Positions 12,725 to 26,850 of a stretch of DNA of 64,000 bases are shown piece after piece. Under the pieces are notes generated by a model, which saw only the letters and a list, made by a program, of their open reading frames with translations, was not told where the DNA came from and searched no databases. Origin of the DNA: Trichosphaerium sp. ATCC 40318 (lineage: Eukaryota > Protista > Tubulinea). The stretch's first letter is position 1. Each line of letters starts with the position of its first letter. Location: the NCBI GenBank assembly GCA_038496445.1, contig JALMLS010000479.1:209240-273239 (forward strand), in the 5' to 3' direction. A program made the translations under genes and the position numbers.

Positions 12725-15700
12725 AAAAAAAACAATTATCATTTTGACGTACGATTAAAACCGCGAAAGGAAGTGGTGTAACCCAATGAATGAACGATAT
12801 AGGTTCAGTAGCAAAAGCGCTATTCATAAAAGGCACATAGACAATAAACAATGCCAGTGCAGTTTCAATAACCAATCCAGCATTCAAAACCCAATTTCTA
12901 AGAAAACAGATTAACTCACGTCGTTTTGTTAACCTGTGAACTCATTCACGTACTTCATGCCTTGTTGAAAGAGAGATAATCGTCTAGTCTTTGTGATAAG
13001 CAAGCAAGACCACTGAACAACAATAATAGCAACGAAAAAAGCAGTCTGTGCACGTCGCAATAGTGTTCTCCTTGTAAGTTCAAAGCAAGGCCAATTAGGT
13101 TCAAAAGTCATGCTCCCATTGACAGCACCAGCAGTATGCCAACATAAATCATAATACTCTGATGTAGTGTTTGGAAGTACTGCAGGCATTGTAGCGTTGA
13201 CCACAGGTGGTACAAAGCAATTTACAGATCCAGGTCCGAAAGAAATTCGGCAGACTTTAGTTTCGTCAATATAATCATCTACGATACCAACAAGCATCCA
13301 CGGATGGAATCCTCTACCATTAGGATAATCACCTTCACCCATGGCGATAAAGTAGGCATAGAACCCTGCTAAAGCTGAAGAAAGAAAGTGAGTAATAGTT
13401 GTCAAACAGACGTTATGAACGTACCTTGCATAACACCGATCTGAAGATAAGAAAACCCAATTAATCGCATACCAACAAGCCTAGATGTCAGCTTTCTAGG
13501 GTGACGTTTCATAATATCTAGTTCTGGTCCTTCATATGCCTACAGTTCAAAGTGAGTATAAATCAGTCATTCAAACATTTGTTTTCTAAGTTACGAGAAG
13601 AAACTGTGCCCTTTCTGGTGACGTACCAAGGCAATAGCTGGAAGTAGATCTGTACCAACATCAATAGATAGTATAAGAACAGTGGTCAAAGGAAGTGGAA
13701 TTTGGAACAAGATGAACTATTAAAAACAATTGATTAGCACAACACAACACAACAAATCAAAGAAAACCAAAAAAAAACACATACTGCAACGAAAGGAAAC
13801 AACTCAGGAATATTTGAAGATAGTGTGTAGGCGATAGACTTTTTAAGATTATCAAAAATAAGACGACCTTCCTCAACACCAAGCACAATACTGGCGAAAT
13901 TATCATCCCTGAAAACATAAAGTCAGCCAACCAAAAAAAAAAAAAAAAAGCAAACCCAAGTCTTAGACGTACAAGAGGATCATGTCAGCAGCGCTCTTTG
14001 ATACATCAGTTCCAGTAATACCCATAGCAATACCAATATTAGCACGCTTTAATGCTGGTGAATCGTTAACACCATCACCAGTTACAGCAACAACATGGCC
14101 CATGCGTTGGCAACCTTGAACAATCAATAATTTTTGCTCTGGTGTTGTTCTAGCGAAAACAATCTCTTCGTATTGCAGCACTCTAAGCATGTATTAGCAA
14201 ACACTCACTACTACGTTCACTTGAAATTTATCAAATACATACTCCTCTAGCTCAGTGGCATCCATTTCAGCCAACTGCGAACCGTGTACAACAATTGAAG
14301 AAGCATCATTTTTATCAACCTCATCAAGCGGAATACCTTCTTCTGCGGCGATATCTTCTGCTGTTCTTCCCTTGAATATACCTACTTGGCGAGCAATAGC
14401 CTTTGCAGTAATTGGGTGGTCACCTATGGAGATTTTAATACTGCATTGCAACAAAACGTGATGTCAAAACCAAAAGAAAAAAAAGAAAGAAAGTCGCACC
14501 AGTGACCATGATGACTTTAATATTCGCTGTCTGACATAATCGGACAGCATTTGGTACAGCTGCTCTTGGTGGATCAATCATAGCAAGTAATCCAATAAAA
14601 CACAGATCTAATAAGACATCACATTAGACAACTGATAACGAACAAGTTGACTTGCCTTCCATTGGTATTGTCTTCATATCAAACTCGAAGTCAGCAGGGA
14701 ACTCACTTGTTTCCAATAACAACTCTGCAAATCCAAGAACGCGTTCTCCTTGATTACCAAGTTGATCATACGCATCAGAGAATGCAGTTTTATGTTTTTT
14801 CTTCAAGGCTACTGGCTGTAACAAGACGTCAACAAACCAACCAACTTCATAAAAATAAAAAAAAAAAGAAAAAAAAAAGCAAGAAGTCGTACAGCGCCGT
14901 TAACCATGATACTACCACATCGCTGTATGATACGTTCTGGAGCACCTTTCATACACAATACATAAGAATACTTTCCACCTTGCGTTTCATCCTTTGGAAG
15001 ACGATGAATTGATAGAGAGTACTTGTTAGTGCTATTGAAAGGAATTTCAGTGACACTCTCATAATTTGATCTCATCTCAAGAATATCGGTTATTGGTTGA
15101 ACAAACTTGATCAATGCTGATTCAGAGCCGTCACCAATAGTCAATCTATACAACCATAAGATTCACTACGTATGTGATAGGTATAATACAATGCACGAAC
15201 CTGTATGGTACTGCTGTTTGAGAGTCCTTAGGGTCAAATACTGCACGGTTTGCAAGACCAGCGATTCTGATGAGTCTCTGGCAAGTTGTTTCTTGAGAAT
15301 CAAAGGCATCTTCTTGTTCTTGATCCACACCCTTTACTTCCAAATCATACCATAGATGGCGTACAGTCATCTTATTTTGAGTAAGGGTTCCTGTCTTATC
15401 AGAGCAAATTATAGATGTACATCCAAGAGTCTAGAGTTGCAACATTGTGAGTGCTATTATTTCTTTTTTTCGTTTCAAAAAAAAGTGAAGATGGATATTG
15501 GTTGGTACCTCAACAGCTTCCAAGTTCTTTACTAGAACGTTTTTTACCGCTAAACGTCTCGCAGTAATTGAGAGGGCTGTTGTTACAGTACCCAATAGAC
15601 CTTCAGGTACATTGGCAACAATGATACCGATAGAGTAGACAACGTTCAGAATGAATGAAAATTTTTCGAATAACCCAAAAATGAAGCAAATTGCACCGAA

Positions 15701-16217
15701 TGCAACAGACACAATGAGAATAAACCTAAAAATAACACAATAAATATAAATATTTAAACACGTGGCCAAAAAAAAAAAACAAAAAACAGTTTGTCCAGAC
15801 CAATGTAACAGCGATAAGTCGCTTGGAGATTTCATAAAAATCCATTCAAAGAAAAAATATTACTTACCAAACAAAGTGCGCAAGTTCTCTACTCATTGGC
15901 GTTGCAACTTCTTCTGTAGTCTGAACGAGGTACGCTATTTTACCAATGGCTGTTCTATCACCAGTAGCAATAACTATACCAGCACCTTCACCTTCTACTG
16001 CGAGTGTACTGTAAAAAGCAAGATTTCTAGTCTCAAAAGAAAGCTAATAAAAGTTAAACAAAAACTTGAAATAAAAAGGTAAAGCTACATTGTAATCGAA
16101 TAACTTACCTCATCTGTCATTTCTACCGATCTAGGTTGAGGTTCAGATTCACCAGTAAGTGAGCTATTGTCCACTTTAAGCATATTGGTTCTAATAATAC
16201 GAATATCAGCCGGGATA
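12725..16217 (-). repeat. Inverted copy of ATPase 9032-~12530 (fold-back segment 2; truncated at both ends)
   Basis: Near-identical reverse complement including introns. Starts in an A-run and ends at a GGATA microhomology. Confidence 0.95.
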
Positions 16218-19200
16218 ACAGATGAGGGTATCAAGGCATTGGCAGGTGTACATGACATAAATCTGAGACAAGTGAGTGTTACAGATGAAGGTTTGAAGGC
16301 ATTAGCAGGCGTTCACACATATCTTGCAGCAATGTGAGCTCATAACAGATGAAGGCATCAAGGCGTTGGCTGGTGTACATACTATCAGTTTATGGCATTG
16401 CAAGGTAAAAGCTCAGGTATAGAGGCATTGGTTGGTGTACATGACATTGACTTAACAGGACAACAAACAGTAACAATACAATACCAAGGTTTAACTCAGG
16501 AAGGACATACTATCAGTAGGACTTCAACTGTCAAATGAGAAACTAAAAAGTTTCAGGTACATACTATCTGATTTATCAATACCAAATGATATGAAACAAG
16601 GTTTAGAGCGCAAGCAGGTGTTCATTCTAAATTTGGATAGCAGTCCAATAACTGATGAGGGTATCAAGGCTTTGGCTGGTGTTCATTATATTTGTTTAAC
16701 GTTTACAGATATTACAGATGTTGGTTTGAAGGCATTAGAAGGTGTCCACACCATCGTTGTATCTTATTGTGAAAATATAACCCTTTCTGGTATTAAAGCT
16801 TTAGAAAAGACTGCACATAAGGTTGTATCATACTAGATTTATCATATTCCAGAAACTATATCACAAAGTTCTGCCAGGTGGATCACCAATAAACGTGTTA
16901 CACGTGTTAATATGACATTTATTTTTGTAAGGTGATTGTACTAGTTAATAATTAATCAGTTCTACTATTACTAGGCCTTTACTGTCAAATTTATTTATCA
17001 GGTTGTACTTCAGCGACAGAGTCCGATATCCTCACTGAGGGTATCAAAGCGTTGGCAAGTGTACGACGTATTGATGTAGCAGGAACTAGTGTTATAGAAG
17101 ATGGGATTAAGGCTTTAAAAAGTTTACAGTACCATCAGGTGCTTTGCAAGCAATTCAGCAAAGGTTTTGAAGATTCAATATATTTAGAAGGAAAAATAAT
17201 AACTAGAGATGACTGAAATAGGACTTCTTATAAATCACCTCACCAGTTACCATTACAAGGAAAAAACTATCACATGATCTCTGTAAAAAATTAACTATTA
17301 CTTTATCCTTATGATCAACTTTGTTTATTGAAACCAGTAAAAAGATTAATCATTGATTGTAATAGAAACTTTTTCTTCTTTCCATGATTCATCATCTCCA
17401 TAGTAGTAAGGATCACCCATTGTATTGTTTACAACAGAATCATGTGTAGCAACTGTGAATAAAGCAACTGTTCTTGCCAACTCGTGTTGATACCTTTCAA
17501 AAATAGTTAAAAATCACGTGTTAAAATGGAAGAAACACGTGTTATTCTTACCCAACAATAAAATCAAAACTATTCAAGTAAGGAAATGGGAGGTCTGGGA
17601 GTTGTGGTGCGTATAATGATTCAACTTGAAGTTTGTTCCATGCAAGGTCAGTATCATTCATCGATAGGATAAGATACATGTATGGGTACCAATCTGGGTA
17701 CGTTCTCCATTGGTTGTTACCAGCGTCAACACCAGGACTTCCCTTATTTGTTGATGTAAGTAAAAAGTTTCAAATGATTTATTGTTTCGGTCCTTTAGAC
17801 GTACTTCATTTGTTGGGCAGCATGAATACTCGTTACCCCACCAATTAGGTCCATATTGACCTCCGCATGGATTTTTAGTCATATTACTTGGGTTAGGATA
17901 GATGCAAACACCGTCTAGAACAGAATGTTAAAATTGATATTAAAGTAAGAAAATGGAGTCTTAGTACTTTGCTTGACATTAAATTCCAACCATTTGTATG
18001 CGCTTCCAGCCCAAATAGGATCAATCAATTCATGAGTCATAGGTGTTATTGGTAGAATTATAATACCACACTCAAAGACGGCATTAGGACCGTAATAAGT
18101 CGCAGCATCAACTGAGTTTCCTAGAAAAAAAGTTTAAGTATTGCCTTCATTTCACATTTTGGTTGTACCGTAGAGGATTGTCATGCAGCGTTTTAATCTA
18201 TTAATTTCCGGAGTTGGACGGTAAGACTCTTGTTCAGTCTTTTTGTCGGAAACAAGTTAATGTACTTCAACGAGAAAAAAAGATGTAACCTAACATTTGA
18301 CATACCTGATTATCCAACATGGCGTACATTTGAACACTCTTTATTTCCATTGCAGCTAATATTCTTCCCCAATCCCGAATATTACTATCATTGGTAGCGA
18401 TACCTAAATGTTATATCAGTACGACACTCCAAAACAAACTCGCCAAAAAAAAGTTACAGCCTTTTTCAATCAAAAAAAAAACTTGAGCTCTCTCTCGATT
18501 ATAGCTTTAGTTTACCTAATAAATTCAATGCATAGTAAGCATTAACTGCTTCTCCATGAGATTGCTGATTTACCCAAGATTTAAGTCTTCCAGAATAATC
18601 ATATCCTTCAGCGTAAGAGTGACCATCAAACCAGTCCTTAACACAGTTAAGTACCACAACACTTCTTGTATACTCATAAGGGCTACATACCTTATGACGA
18701 GCGAAAGTGAAGTAAGGATCGTTTTGATCATCAGGATTTGCGATATCACGTGCGAAAGCATAAGCCTGTTTTGTAAAGTCTAAAACAAAATTAATTGCGA
18801 AAAATATGAGTTTTTTTGGGGGTCGGTTTTGTACTTTGCGTTTGGCTCTCGTTGAAGAATGTAACGTTTTTAATATTTTGTAGGTATAAAGGCCATGCCA
18901 TTATCTTAATAATATATCCGTATTGAAAGTGGTGGTCATTGTAGAAGGCATTACCTGTACAATATTTAACCCAAGAAAAAAAAAAGAACAGAAAAAATGA
19001 AAAAGAAAGTAAACTAAGATACCGTAGTTTCCAAATGCGTTTGTATCCTGTTGGATTTTGGCATCCTTCACAATATTCATCTGCAAATCGGTTATACCAA
19101 CCAGTTACCAAACCACCCCATCTCATGTCGTAGTAAACCGCCATCTATTCATAAATTTGTAAATTGAAGACAGTATGTTTTTTTTTGTTTACTTGATCAC

Positions 19201-19564
19201 GAAGGCAAGTCAAAGTGTTGTTGATTGGCGGTGGGCAAGGTTTAGGTTCCTCATCTTGGTAAGCCAAAACGTAGTTAAAGCAATCCAAAACATGTTCTAT
19301 GAGTAGTTAGAAGTTAACCCTTCCTTTCTGAGAATTTTCTTGTTTTCTCAGAAAACGGATTTTAGACTAACCTGTCATAGTGATAGCCATATCTGTTTTA
19401 TTCAAGTTCCATGAGATTATTGCAATGTCGGTGTACTTTGCTAAATCTCTAGGAGGAAATGATGTTAAAAGACAGGAGAAGCAAATCAAGAATTCGTAGG
19501 TTTTTTTTTGTTGATTTGAAAAAAAAAGAAGTCATTGACGCACCTGACGTAAGAGTATAGTTCC
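16213..19564 (+). repeat. Direct copy of 27677-31048 (3' part of F-box/LRR gene B, LRR remnant, 3' part of GH81); segment 3
   Basis: Collinear high identity to 27677-31048 with scattered SNPs and intron indels; 16320-16640 is corrupted. Confidence 0.93.
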
Positions 19565-21576
19565 GGAAATTAATAGATTAAAACGCTGCATGACAATCCT
19601 CTACGGTACAACCAAAATGTGAAATGAAGGCAATACTTAAACTTTTTTTCTAGGAAACTCAGTTGATGCTGCGACTTATTACGGTCCTAATGCCGTCTTT
19701 GAGTGTGGTATTATAATTCTACCAATAACACCTATGACTCATGAATTGATTGATCCTATTTGGGCTGGAAGCGCATACAAATGGTTGGAATTTAATGTCA
19801 AGCAAAGTACTAAGACTCCATTTTCTTACTTTAATATCAATTTTTAACATTCTGTTCTAGACGGTGTTTGCATCTATCCTAACCCAAGTAATATGACTAA
19901 AAATCCATGCGGAGGTCAATATGGACCTAATTGGTGGGGTAACGAGTATTCATGCTGCCCAACAAATGAAGTACGTCTAAAGGACCGAAACAATAAATCA
20001 TTTGAAACTTTTTACTTACATCAACAAATAAGGGAAGTCCTGGTGTTGACGCTGGTAACAACCAATGGAGAACGTACCCAGATTGGTACCCATACATGTA
20101 TCTTATCCTATCGATGAATGATACTGACCTTGCATGGAACAAACTTCAAGTTGAATCATTATACGCACCACAACTCCCAGACCTCCCATTTCCTTACTTG
20201 AATAGTTTTGATTTTATTGTTGGGTAAGAATAACACGTGTTTCTTCCATTTTAACACGTGATTTTTAACTATTTTTGAAAGGTATCAACACGAGTTGGCA
20301 AGAACAGTTGCTTTATTCACAGTTGCTACACATGATTCTGTTGTAAACAATACAATGGGTGATCCTTACTACTATGGAGATGATGAATCATGGAAAGAAG
20401 AAAAAGTTTCTATTACAATCAATGATTAATCTTTTTACTGGTTTCAATAAACAAAGTTGATCATAAGGATAAAGTAATAGTTAATTTTTTACAGAGATCA
20501 TGTGATAGTTTTTTCCTTGTAATGGTAACTGGTGAGGTGATTTATAAGAAGTCCTATTTCAGTCATCTCTAGTTATTATTTTTCCTTCTAAATATATTGA
20601 ATCTTCAAAACCTTTGCTGAATTGCTTGCAAAGCACCTGATGGTACTGTAAACTTTTTAAAGCCTTAATCCCATCTTCTATAACACTAGTTCCTGCTACA
20701 TCAATACGTCGTACACTTGCCAACGCTTTGATACCCTCAGTGAGGATATCGGACTCTGTCGCTGAAGTACAACCTGATAAATAAATTTGACAGTAAAGGC
20801 CTAGTAATAGTAGAACTGATTAATTATTAACTAGTACAATCACCTTACAAAAATAAATGTCATATTAACACGTGTAACACGTTTATTGGTGATCCACCTG
20901 GCAGAACTTTGTGATATAGTTTCTGGAATATGATAAATCTAGTATGATACAACCTTATGTGCAGTCTTTTCTAAAGCTTTAATACCAGAAAGGGTTATAT
21001 TTTCACAATAAGATACAACGATGGTGTGGACACCTTCTAATGCCTTCAAACCAACATCTGTAATATCTGTAAACGTTAAACAAATATAATGAACACCAGC
21101 CAAAGCCTTGATACCCTCATCAGTTATTGGACAGCTATCCAAATTGATAGAATGAACACCTGCTAGCGCCTTTAAACCTTCATCAGTAACATTAGTATTT
21201 GATAAATCAATATCATATACACCAGCAAACCCTTTAATAGTCTCATCTGACAACTTGAAACCACAAAGTTTGATAGTATGTACGCCTGACAAAACCCTTA
21301 AACCTTTATCTGTGACATTTGTTCCAGTTAAGTCAATGTCATGTACACCAACCAATGCCTCTATACCTGAGTCTGTTATTCCCTTGCAATGCCATAAACT
21401 GATAGTATGTACACCAGCCAACGCCTTGATGCCTTCATCTGTTATGAGCTCACATTGCTGCAAGCAAATTGTGTGAACGCCTGCTAATGCCTTCAAACCT
21501 TCATCTGTAACACTCACTTGTCTCAGATTTATGTCATGTACACCTGCCAATGCCTTGATACCCTCATCTGTTATCC
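19562..21576 (-). repeat. Inverted copy of 16213-18212 (segment 4)
   Basis: Reverse complement of segment 3; joins at a TCC microhomology (19562-19564). Confidence 0.93.
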
Positions 21577-23943
21577 CGGCTGATATTCGTATTATTAGAA
21601 CCAATATGCTTAAAGTGGACAATAGCTCACTTACTGGTGAATCTGAACCTCAACCTAGATCGGTAGAAATGACAGATGAGGTAAGTTATTCGATTACAAT
21701 GTAGCTTTACCTTTTTATTTCAAGTTTTTGTTTAACTTTTATTAGCTTTCTTTTGAGACTAGAAATCTTGCTTTTTACAGTACACTCGCAGTAGAAGGTG
21801 AAGGTGCTGGTATAGTTATTGCTACTGGTGATAGAACAGCCATTGGTAAAATAGCGTACCTCGTTCAGACTACAGAAGAAGTTGCAACGCCAATGAGTAG
21901 AGAACTTGCGCACTTTGTTTGGTAAGTAATATTTTTTCTTTGAATGGATTTTTATGAAATCTCCAAGCGACTTATCGCTGTTACATTGGTCTGGACAAAC
22001 TGTTTTTTGTTTTTTTTTTGGCCACGTGTTTAAATATTTATATTTATTGTGTTATTTTTAGGTTTATTCTCATTGTGTCTGTTACATTCGGTGCAATTTG
22101 CTTCATTTTTGGGTTATTCGAAAAATTTTCATTCATTCTGAACGTTGTCTACTCTATCGGTATCATTGTTGCCAATGTACCTGAAGGTCTATTGGGTACT
22201 GTAACAACAGCCCTCTCAATTACTGCGAGACGTTTAGCGGTAAAAAACGTTCTAGTAAAGAACTTGGAAGCTGTTGAGGTACCAACCAATATCCATCTTC
22301 ACTTTTTTTTGAAACGAAAAAAAGAAATAATAGCACTCACAATGTTGCAACTCTAGACTCTTGGATGTACATCTATAATTTGCTCTGATAAGACAGGAAC
22401 CCTTACTCAAAATAAGATGACTGTACGCCATCTATGGTATGATTTGGAAGTAAAGGGTGTGGATCAAGAACAAGAAGATGCCTTTGATTCTCAAGAAACA
22501 ACTTGCCAGAGACTCATCAGAATCGCTGGTCTTGCAAACCGTGCAGTATTTGACCCTAAGGACTCTCAAACAGCAGTACCATACAGGTTCGTGCATTGTA
22601 TTATACCTATCACATACGTAGTGAATCTTATGGTTGTATAGATTGACTATTGGTGACGGCTCTGAATCAGCATTGATCAAGTTTGTTCAACCAATAACCG
22701 ATATTCTTGAGATGAGATCAAATTATGAGAGTGTCACTGAAATTCCTTTCAATAGCACTAACAAGTACTCTCTATCAATTCATCGTCTTCCAAAGGATGA
22801 AACGCAAGGTGGAAAGTATTCTTATGTATTGTGTATGAAAGGTGCTCCAGAACGTATCATACAGCGATGTGGTAGTATCATGGTTAACGGCGCTGTACGA
22901 CTTCTTGCTTTTTTTTTTCCTTTTTTTTTTTTATGAAGTTGGTTGGTTTGTTGACGTCTTGTTACAGCCAGTAGCCTTGAAGAAAAAACATAAAACTGCA
23001 TTCTCTGATGCGTATGATCAACTTGGTAATCAAGGAGAACGCGTTCTTGGATTTGCAGAGTTGTTATTGGAAACAAGTGAGTTCCCTACTGACTTCGAGT
23101 TTGATATGAAGACAATACCAATGGAAGGCAAGTCAATTGTTCGTTATCAGTTGTCTAATGTGATGTCTTATTAGATCTGTGTTTCATTGGATTACTTGCT
23201 ATGATTGATCCACCAAGAGCAGCTGTACCAAATGCTGTCCGATTATGTCAGACAGCGAACATTAAAGTCATCATGGTCACTGGTGCGACTTTCTTTCTTT
23301 TTTTTTCTTTTGGTTTTGACATCATGTTTTGTTGCAATGCAGTATTAAAATCTCCATAGGTGACCATCCAATTACTGCAAAGGCTATTGCTCGCCAAGTA
23401 GGTATATTCAAGGGAAGGACAGCAGAAGATATCGCCGCAGAAGAAGGCATTCCGCTTGATGAGGTAGATAAAAATGATGCTTCTTCAATTGTTGTACACG
23501 GTTCGCAGTTGGCTGAAATGGATGCCACTGAGCTAGAAGAGTATGTTTTTGATAAATTTCAAGTGAACGTAGTAGTCAGTGTTTGCTAATACATGCTTAG
23601 AGTGCTACAATACGAAGAGATTGTTTTCGCTAGAACAACACCAGAGCAAAAATTGTTGATTGTTCAAGGTTGCCAACGCATGGGCCATGTTGTTGCTGTA
23701 ACTGGTGATGGTGTTAACGATTCACCAGCATTAAAGCGTGCTAATATTGGTATTGCTATGGGTATTACTGGAACTGATGTATCAAAGAGCGCTGCTGACA
23801 TGATCCTCTTGTACGTCTAAGACTTGGGTTTGCTTTTTTTTTTTTTTTTGGTTGGCTGACTTTATGTTTTCAGGGATGATAATTTTGCCAGTATTGTGCT
23901 TGGTGTTGAGGAAGGTCGTCTTATTTTCGATAATCTTAAAAAG
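21572..23943 (+). repeat. Direct copy of ATPase 9032-~11407 (segment 5)
   Basis: Near-identical to the ATPase gene; begins at the same TATCC junction as 16213-16217. Confidence 0.93.
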
Positions 23944-24219
23944 ACAGATTGTATGTACTCCTGCGAATAGTGCTATAACCTTGGCTGAAGGAACCCAATA
24001 TATACTAGCCAATATCTTGATTTTTGTGTGTTTAATGATTCCTTTGTGTTTTACAACTTCTTTTGCTTGTTCGTCTGTTGTTATACTTATACTATGGTAC
24101 CCAACAATATCGTGAATAATAGAAGAAACGGTATGACACGTTTGACAAGCCGCAAATCGATCTTCTGTTATATGACTCAATATCGCTGCTAGAATCTCAG
24201 TGGGCATGTCCAATAGCAT
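23941..24219 (-). CDS. F-box/LRR protein A, 5' fragment (cut by a rearrangement junction)
   Basis: [17 protein letters not shown]...[13 protein letters not shown] (F-box-like), paralogous to the N-terminus of 27292-28314; first [11 protein letters not shown]. Confidence 0.7.
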
Positions 24220-26555
24220 TGTTTGACTACGAACGTTATTTAGAGCATAACAATTAATTTACCTTTTATTCAATGTATCAGACGCTAATTTAACCTGTTT
24301 TTTATTGCTTTCTGTGCGATCCATGGTGACTACTTTTCACACGTGTGGATTATTATTGAAGACCATTGACTTTTTGGGTATAAAAAAAAAAAGGACTTCA
24401 ATGAAAGTTAAGTATGGACGGCATTGTTGCCTTGTGGAAACAGGCTCCAACGTGATTTTCATGTAACAAAAGGCCACAAACATGAACGATTCAGCAAAAG
24501 TAACCTGATGGTGTTTGTACTCAATGGCGAAGCAGGTTGGAGGGAGATGAATAATTTTAAATATTTAAAAGCCATACTGGTTAACAAAGTGCTATTTGCA
24601 TGTTTATTTACAAAGGGGTATATCGGTCACATCCACTTCGGGATGAGACTTGTTAAATCTCTTTTTTTTTTTCACAGTGTTTTTTTTTTAATAGTATGTG
24701 TGCTTTGCAACAAACCCTACATAACAATATTCAATATAAAAAAACCAAAACAAACAAAACACAAAAAAATAAACACCCGTACCTTCTGGATAAGTCCTTA
24801 GAATCCATTTACGAATTTCATCATAAACAAACTAAAAAAAACCGTGAGAATAGAAAATTGAATGAAAAAAAAAAAAAACACGTGATTATCATTTTGACGT
24901 ACGATTAAAACCGCGAAAGGAAGTGGTGTAACCCAATGAATGAACGATATAGGTTCAGTAGCAAAAGCGCTATTCATAAAAGGCACATAGACAATAAACA
25001 ATGCCAGTGCAGTTTCAATAACCAATCCAGCATTCAAAACCCAATTTCTAAGAAAACAGATTAACTCTCATCGTTTTGTTAACCTGTGAACTCATTCACG
25101 TACTTCATGCCTTGTTGGAAGAGTGATAATCGTCTTGTCTTTGTGATAAGCAAGCAAGACCACTGAACAACAATAATAGCAACGAAAAAAGCAGTCTGTG
25201 CACGTCGCAATAGTGTTCTCCTTGTAAGTTCAAAGCAAGGCCAATTAGGTTCAAAAGTCATGCTCCCATTGACAGCACCAGCAGTATGCCAACATAAATC
25301 ATAATACTCTGATGTAGTGTTTGGAAGTACTGCAGGCATTGTAGCGTTGACCACAGGTGGTACAAAGCAATTTACAGATCCAGGTCCGAAAGAAATTCGG
25401 CAGACTTTAGTTTCGTCAATATAATCATCTACGATACCAACAAGCATCCACGGATGGAATCCTCTACCATTAGGATAATCACCTTCACCCATGGCGATAA
25501 AGTAGGCATAGAACCCTGCTAAAGCTGAAGAAAGAAAGTGAGTAATAGTTGTCAAACAGACGTTATGAACGTACCTTGCATAACACCGATCTGAAGATAA
25601 GAAAACCCAATTAATCGCATACCAACAAGCCTAGATGTCAGCTTTCTAGGGTGACGTTTCATAATATCTAGTTCTGGTCCTTCATATGCCTACAGTTCAA
25701 AGTGAGTATAAATCAGTCATTCAAACATTTGTTTTCTAAGTTCCAAGTTTAAACTGTGCCCTTTCTGGTGACGTACCAAAGCAATGGCTGGAAGTAGATC
25801 TGTACCAACATCAATAGATAGTATAAGAACAGTGGTCAAAGGAAGTGGAATTTGGAACAAGATGAACTATTTAAAACAATTGATTAGCACAACACAACAC
25901 AACAAAAAGAAAACAAAAAAAAAACACATACTGCAACGAAAGGAAACAACTCAGGAATATTTGAAGATAGTGTGTAGGCGATAGACTTTTTAAGATTATC
26001 GAAAATAAGACGACCTTCCTCAACACCAAGCACAATACTGGCAAAATTATCATCCCTGAAAACATAAAGTCAGCCAACCAACAAAAAAAAAAAAAAAGCA
26101 AACCCAAGTCTTAGACGTACAAGAGGATCATGTCAGCAGCGCTCTTTGATACATCAGTTCCAGTAATACCCATAGCAATACCAATATTAGCACGCTTTAA
26201 TGCTGGTGAATCGTTAACACCATCACCAGTTACAGCAACAACATGGCCCATGCGTTGGCAACCTTGAACAATCAACAATTTTTGCTCTGGTGTTGTTCTA
26301 GCGAAAACAATCTCTTCGTATTGTAGCACTCTAAGCATGTATTAGCAAACACTGACTACTACGTTCACTTGAAATTTATCAAAAACATACTCTTCTAGCT
26401 CAGTGGCATCCATTTCAGCCAACTGCGAACCGTGTACAACAATTGAAGAAGCATCATTTTTATCTACCTCATCAAGCGGAATGCCTTCTTCTGCGGCGAT
26501 ATCTTCTGCTGTCCTTCCTTGAATATACCTACTTGGCGAGCAATAGCCTTTGCAG
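23941..26555 (-). repeat. Inverted segment 6: ATPase 3' half (~10838 to stop), its native 3' flank and the 5' end of F-box/LRR gene A
   Basis: 24688-26555 is the reverse complement of the ATPase 3' half; 23941-24687 is unique downstream sequence. Confidence 0.92.
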
Positions 26556-26850
26556 CGTACACTCTGTTGCTATTCACTATGGGGGAAGTTTAACAGAAGA
26601 TGGAATCAAAACATTGACCAATGTCAAACGCCTTGTGCTTCAGTATTGTCCTACAATAACTGATTTGAGCTTTGAGACATTGGTCAATCTTGAGCAACTG
26701 ACACTGGGTGGATGTGGCAAGATTACAAATGGTTGCTTGAAATACTTAAAATCTCTAAAACGTGTTATATCTTGGGGTGAATCTGGAGTAACAAAAGACG
26801 GTGTTGAGTCAATGGGTATCCAATATATTCGGAAAATACGTAGAAGTTAA
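26556..26850 (+). CDS. LRR protein 3' fragment, probably the C-terminus of F-box/LRR gene A
   Basis: VHSVAIHYGGSLTEDGIKTLTNVKRLVLQYCPTITDLSFETLVNLEQLTLGGCGKITNGCLKYL...RRS*, beginning at junction 26552-26555. Confidence 0.65.

Noticed and set aside
20939-21622. 227-aa LRR ORF with a signal-peptide-like start ([16 protein letters not shown])
   Set aside because: The N-terminus is antisense ATPase sequence fused in frame at the GGATA junction; it is a junction product.
12725-26555. Cluster of four Na+/K+-ATPase genes
   Set aside because: Only 7875-12704 is complete; the others are truncated near-identical pieces bounded by fold-back junctions.
12705-26556. Foldback transposon or other mobile element with long terminal inverted repeats
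   Set aside because: The repeats are ordinary host genes; no transposase, RT or target-site duplication seen.
23782-26850. Apparent novel fusion ORFs 23782-24219 and 26443-26850
   Set aside because: Each reads across a junction into antisense ATPase sequence.
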